Shown: piece by piece, positions 60,628 through 64,000 of the stretch
Layout of the letters: the number at the start of each line of letters is the position of its first letter
Position numbering within the stretch: position 1 is the stretch's first letter
Assembly (NCBI GenBank): GCA_944358895.1
Contig: CALVSB010000003.1
Location: 22,868-86,867 of the forward strand
Length of the DNA: 64,000 bases
Source of the DNA: an uncultured Bacilli bacterium
GTDB taxonomy: Bacteria; Bacillota_I; Bacilli_A; RFN20; CAG-826
Direction of reading: 5' to 3'
Made by a program: the position numbers and the translations under genes
Notes under the pieces: model-generated
Seen by the model: only the letters and a program-made list of their open reading frames with translations
What the model was told of the DNA's origin: nothing
The model's database searches: none

Positions 60628-60750
60628 GCCTACCATTCTAGGTGTTAAGGGCGGGAAAGGGCAAAAGGCATTTTCCCTTTTTGCCGCGAAAATCCGACTT
60701 TTTGGATATCCATTCCAGCAAAAAGCCCGCAAAAGGCCCTTCCTTTTCCC

Positions 60751-60785
60751 AAAAACGAAAAAAGGAAGGGAGTGGTTCCCTTCCT
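60751..60785 (-). terminator. Intrinsic terminator after the M6 protease gene
   Basis: Minus strand AGGAAGGGA-accac-UCCCUUCCU (9 bp, plus-strand 60763-60785) then UUUUUCGUUUUU. Confidence 0.8.
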
Positions 60786-60796
60786 TGAAAGCCGTC

Positions 60797-63361
60797 TTAC
60801 CGGCGGCTGACGGTGACTCTTGCCTCCTCGGGCGAGACCTCTTCGAAGGAGATTTCGTAAGGGAAGGAGTCGCCCTTGTTGAGGGTCGTTTCCTCGTAGA
60901 AGGAGTTCGCGTAGCCTTCGAGGGTGAAGACGTCGCCCGTCTGGAAGAGGTCATCCTCTTCAAGGAGGGCACTCGCGCCGCCGCCGACCCGGGCGAAGGA
61001 GTTGCTCCCGTCGGCCTGGATCAGATGGATGAGGTTGTACTTGGAGATGGCATAGCCGTTTTCGTTCGGCACGGTGGCGACGGCCGGGGCGGCGTAAGCC
61101 TGGTCGAAATAGGTGTTGTTGTTGCCCGGGAGATACACCTCGTCGGTCCCCGGTCCCTCTGGCAGTTCGTCGACGAAGCCGATGGCCGAGTAGTAGCCGT
61201 CGGAACGGGGACGGAAGCGGCCGAGCCGGGCATCGACGTGATAGAGGCGGATCCCGCCCTCCCCGAGGGAAGAAAAGTAAGTACTCTCGTAGGCGTCCCA
61301 CTGGCAGGCGCTATTGCCGACCTTCGCGAACAGCTCGATGAGGATGTACTCGTCGAAGGCCGTCCCGTTCCAGTTCGTCCCGACGAGGAGGGGGCTCCCG
61401 CCAAGGGAGGCGGGTTTTAAGACGACGCTTCCTTCTTCCCCGCTTCCGAGGTCGAGGCAGATCGGGTCGACCCAGCCGAGCGACATCTTCGAGAAGGAGT
61501 TCCAATCCCCGAGGCCGATGTCCTGCATGTCGTAGCCGCCGAGGAGGTCGTAGGCGCCAGAATAGTCGTAGTAGTCCTCGATCCCGTAGATGTGGCCCTG
61601 CTCGTGGATGGTCGTGAGGGCGTCGGTCAGGTGGCCGAGGTTGCTGAGGGAGTAGGACATGATGGTCGGGGCCTCGAGGGAGCCCTGATCCATCGCGAGC
61701 GTCCCCATGTGGGGCCAGATGCCCGAGGAGCCGTCCTCGTGGTCGGAGCCGTCGACGATGAAATGAATGGAATCGATGTGCCCGTCGTCGTCGCTATCGT
61801 AGCTGTCGAGATCGAGGTCCTCCTGCTCGGAGAGCCAGGCCACGCAGTCCTCCAGCATCGCGTAAAGGCGGCTTCCGCTCGGGTCGGAGTTGAGCTGCGA
61901 CTCGGTGTAGGAGGCCTGATACATCGATTCGAGGCTCCCGTAGACTTCCCCGCTCACGCTGAGGCGGCCGTTGGAGGCGCGCTCGTAGTAGTTGACGAGC
62001 GACCACTCGTTGTCTTCCCCGAAGATGTTGTACTCGACCTGGGCGAGTTCCTCGTTCGTCCAGCTGTAGGTCGGATTGCCGGCGAGGGCAATCGGGACGA
62101 TGAGGACCTTCTGCTCGCCGCTCGAGGGAGCGAAGTTCGCCGAGTAGTCGCTGGCCGTGTAGGAAATCGGGGCAACGCTCGCGTAAGGGGAGGAAAGGAC
62201 CTCGACGGCGATGCTCGCCACCTTCTCCCCGGCGGCGATGAGGACATTCGCCGTCCCGGAACGGAGGGCGGTTACCCGGGTTCCTTCGACTTTAAGGACC
62301 TCGGGGTCGCTCGAAGACGTCTCCACGAGGGAGGGATCGTAGCTCATCGGCTCCGTTTCGTAGGAGAAAGAGTAGCTTTCGCCCGGGTAGAGGCTGAGAC
62401 GCTCGACGCTTGGTAGCACCGCCTCCGCGCTCGGGGGATTGTCGAAGTCGTAGACGTAGACGCTTTGGCTGGCGGTCGCAAGGCCCTGGTAGGCGAGATG
62501 GAAGGTAAGAAGGCCCTCGTCATCTTCCCCGAAGACGGTATCGAGGGCAACGTCCTTCCCGTTCAGGGTCCCCACCGCTTCGTAGCCGCTTTGTAGGAGG
62601 AGGCTCCGATGCTCGCTCGTCTCGAGGTAGACCCCGCCGAGGAGGTCGGAAAGGCGGCTCCCGATGTCGGCCCGCTTCTCGAGGAGGCTCATGCTCAGGG
62701 AAACATTGAAGGGCTCCTCTTCCTCCTTGAAGGAGATGTGGACCTCCTTGAGGGCGAGGGTCCCGCTTGAAAGGAGGAGGCGGAAATGGGAATAGCCGGG
62801 CCCAAAGTCGCTCCCGGCCGCGATGTCGATGCTACCCGAAGAGGGAAGCTCGAAGCTTACGTAGGCGCTTTCCCCGTCCCCGAAGGCGAGGCTCGCCTCA
62901 GCTCCCGCGGAAAGCTCGTAGACGAGGCGGAAGGAAGAAATGTTCACGAGGTCGGTCGCGTTTTGGAAGAAGGCTCCCTCTTCCATGAGGAGGATCGAGC
63001 CTTCTTCCGAGCGCGAGGAGCTCGCGGAAAGGTAATAGATGTCGGTCCCGATGATCTCCATGAGGGAGAAGTCCCCTTTGAGACCGGCTCCGGGACGGGA
63101 GGCGTATTCGTCGCTTTCCCCGGTCAGGTCGATGGCCTTTTCCGCTCCGATGGGCTCGCTCGAGCTCGAGGAGGAACCATCCGAAGAGGAATCCGGGCGT
63201 GAGGAGGAAGAGACCTCGGACGAGGAGCTTCCGCCCTCGCCCGCGGAAGAAGAGCCCTCCGCAGACGAGAGGATGGAGGAAGAGGATGAAGCGCCCGTCC
63301 CCCCGCAGGAAAGAAGGGCCAATAGGAGGCCGAGGGAAAGTGGCAGCCAAGTCTTTTTCAT
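60797..63361 (-). CDS. Surface lipoprotein, M6 (immune inhibitor A-like) metalloprotease with Ig-like (Big_2-type) domain
   Basis: Start at the ATG at 63361 (LLLALLSCGG lipobox). TIHEQGHIYGIEDYYDY corresponds to HExxHxxGxxDxYD. SSSDPEVLKVEGTRVTALRSGTANVLIAAGEK is Big_2-like. Confidence 0.65.
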   Translation of the reverse strand: MKKTWLPLSLGLLLALLSCGGTGASSSSSILSSAEGSSSAGEGGSSSSEVSSSSRPDSSSDGSSSSSSEPIGAEKAIDLTGESDEYASRPGAGLKGDFSLMEIIGTDIYYLSASSSRSEEGSILLMEEGAFFQNATDLVNISSFRLVYELSAGAEASLAFGDGESAYVSFELPSSGSIDIAAGSDFGPGYSHFRLLLSSGTLALKEVHISFKEEEEPFNVSLSMSLLEKRADIGSRLSDLLGGVYLETSEHRSLLLQSGYEAVGTLNGKDVALDTVFGEDDEGLLTFHLAYQGLATASQSVYVYDFDNPPSAEAVLPSVERLSLYPGESYSFSYETEPMSYDPSLVETSSSDPEVLKVEGTRVTALRSGTANVLIAAGEKVASIAVEVLSSPYASVAPISYTASDYSANFAPSSGEQKVLIVPIALAGNPTYSWTNEELAQVEYNIFGEDNEWSLVNYYERASNGRLSVSGEVYGSLESMYQASYTESQLNSDPSGSRLYAMLEDCVAWLSEQEDLDLDSYDSDDDGHIDSIHFIVDGSDHEDGSSGIWPHMGTLAMDQGSLEAPTIMSYSLSNLGHLTDALTTIHEQGHIYGIEDYYDYSGAYDLLGGYDMQDIGLGDWNSFSKMSLGWVDPICLDLGSGEEGSVVLKPASLGGSPLLVGTNWNGTAFDEYILIELFAKVGNSACQWDAYESTYFSSLGEGGIRLYHVDARLGRFRPRSDGYYSAIGFVDELPEGPGTDEVYLPGNNNTYFDQAYAAPAVATVPNENGYAISKYNLIHLIQADGSNSFARVGGGASALLEEDDLFQTGDVFTLEGYANSFYEETTLNKGDSFPYEISFEEVSPEEARVTVSRR

Positions 63362-63455
63362 GTTTTGCTCCTGCGGCCGGGCCAGGGCCCAAGCCGGCTT
63401 TTTCAACGAAAAGAGGGGGAAACGGCAAGCGTTCCCCCTCGCATGAGCTTAGAGA

Positions 63456-64000
63456 TTAGGCGTTCGGGTAATCGGCGCTCGCCGGGATCGAGGTCGTCCC
63501 GATGTCCGAGAGCGTGAAGGTGAGCTTCTGCTCGACGCCTAGGATGGTGAAGCCGGTCTCGATGCTCTTGATGGTCGGGGTCGCCGCCTCGGGATCGAGG
63601 TGGATGACGACTTCCGTCGTCGAGGTGGTCAGGGCCTCGCTATGGCAACCAGCCATCTGGTTGTCGAAGTAGGTGCCCATCCCCGAGACGGCGGCCATCG
63701 CCGTGTAGGTATAGGGGTCTTCCTCGTCCTGGGCGAAGAGCTCGGGGCTCACGAGGTACATCGTCGGGCCGAGGTCGGAGAAGTCCTCGACCGTGTAAAG
63801 GGTGGACGAGGAGAGGCTGACCGGGCTCCAGCCCCAGCCGAGGCGGTCGTTGTAGGTGAAGGTGTAGATGTAGAAGAGGTCGTCTTCTTCCTCATAGTCG
63901 GCGAGATAATGGGTCTCGATCGAGACGGCGGTCGTCCCGTCGGCCGCGGAAAGATCCTCGCCGTTGTAGTTGTAGTAGGCCCGGGTCGGGGTGTAATAGC
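63456..64000 (-). CDS. Hypothetical secreted/surface protein, C-terminal part (5' end outside window)
   Basis: The frame of ORF 63456..63761 remains open upstream to the window edge by my translation (...YYNYNGEDLSAADGTTAVSIETHYLADYEEEDDLFYIYTFTYNDRLGWGW...). No recognisable domain. Confidence 0.5.
   Translation of the reverse strand, partial: YYTPTRAYYNYNGEDLSAADGTTAVSIETHYLADYEEEDDLFYIYTFTYNDRLGWGWSPVSLSSSTLYTVEDFSDLGPTMYLVSPELFAQDEEDPYTYTAMAAVSGMGTYFDNQMAGCHSEALTTSTTEVVIHLDPEAATPTIKSIETGFTILGVEQKLTFTLSDIGTTSIPASADYPNA

Noticed and set aside
59203-60972. 589-aa version of the MFS transporter ORF.
   Set aside because: The first 115 codons are Arg/Ser/Thr/Pro-rich. They overlap the 3' end of the M6 protease gene and run through its terminator. 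The transporter sequence proper starts at MESTQSG (60627) or MVGMES (60636).

Overview
High-GC (about 60-65% by eye) bacterial chromosome segment with Bacillota/Mollicutes-like gene content. It is very lipoprotein-rich (many L-x-x-C lipoboxes followed by Ser-rich linkers) and almost every gene lies on the minus strand. Recognisable core blocks: typA (5'-truncated by the window edge); the rimP-nusA-ylxR-ylxQ-infB-rbfA operon; truB-ribF; a LacI-controlled maltodextrin/starch locus (CBM-type surface lipoprotein, ABC transporter, GH13); a Fe-ADH-galM-galT-galK-malQ-rimO gene string; and cls, tag, degV and a SWIM+SNF2 pair. Three visibly AT-richer patches look accessory: 1.2-5.0 kb (three paralogous surface proteins), 15.4-17.2 kb (AlbA_2/wHTH regulator plus two arrays of a 12-bp tandem repeat, inserted between rbfA and truB) and 36.8-41.5 kb (orphan AAA_21-type ATPase, AbiEi/AbiEii toxin-antitoxin, gene debris, ending at tRNA-Thr). 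The three candidates I rank highest for novelty are: (1) a three-module TIR-like / unknown / DUF218(YdcF)-like protein, translationally coupled (ATGA) to an MtaD-like deaminase and followed without a terminator by two surface endonuclease-I paralogs; (2) an ATGA-coupled pair of membrane-less FtsH-like AAA+/M41 proteins, one with HEAGH and one with the zinc site erased, both lacking the Walker-B Glu and the pore-1 loop; (3) the iteron-like repeat arrays. Other points: rimP has no canonical start codon (an ATC sits behind a perfect AGGAGG) and is preceded by a long structured leader; a roughly 370-bp GC-rich noncoding segment has nested long-range complementarity. All calls come from reading the sequence and ORF translations by eye. 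No database search or computation was run, so family assignments are motif-level only.
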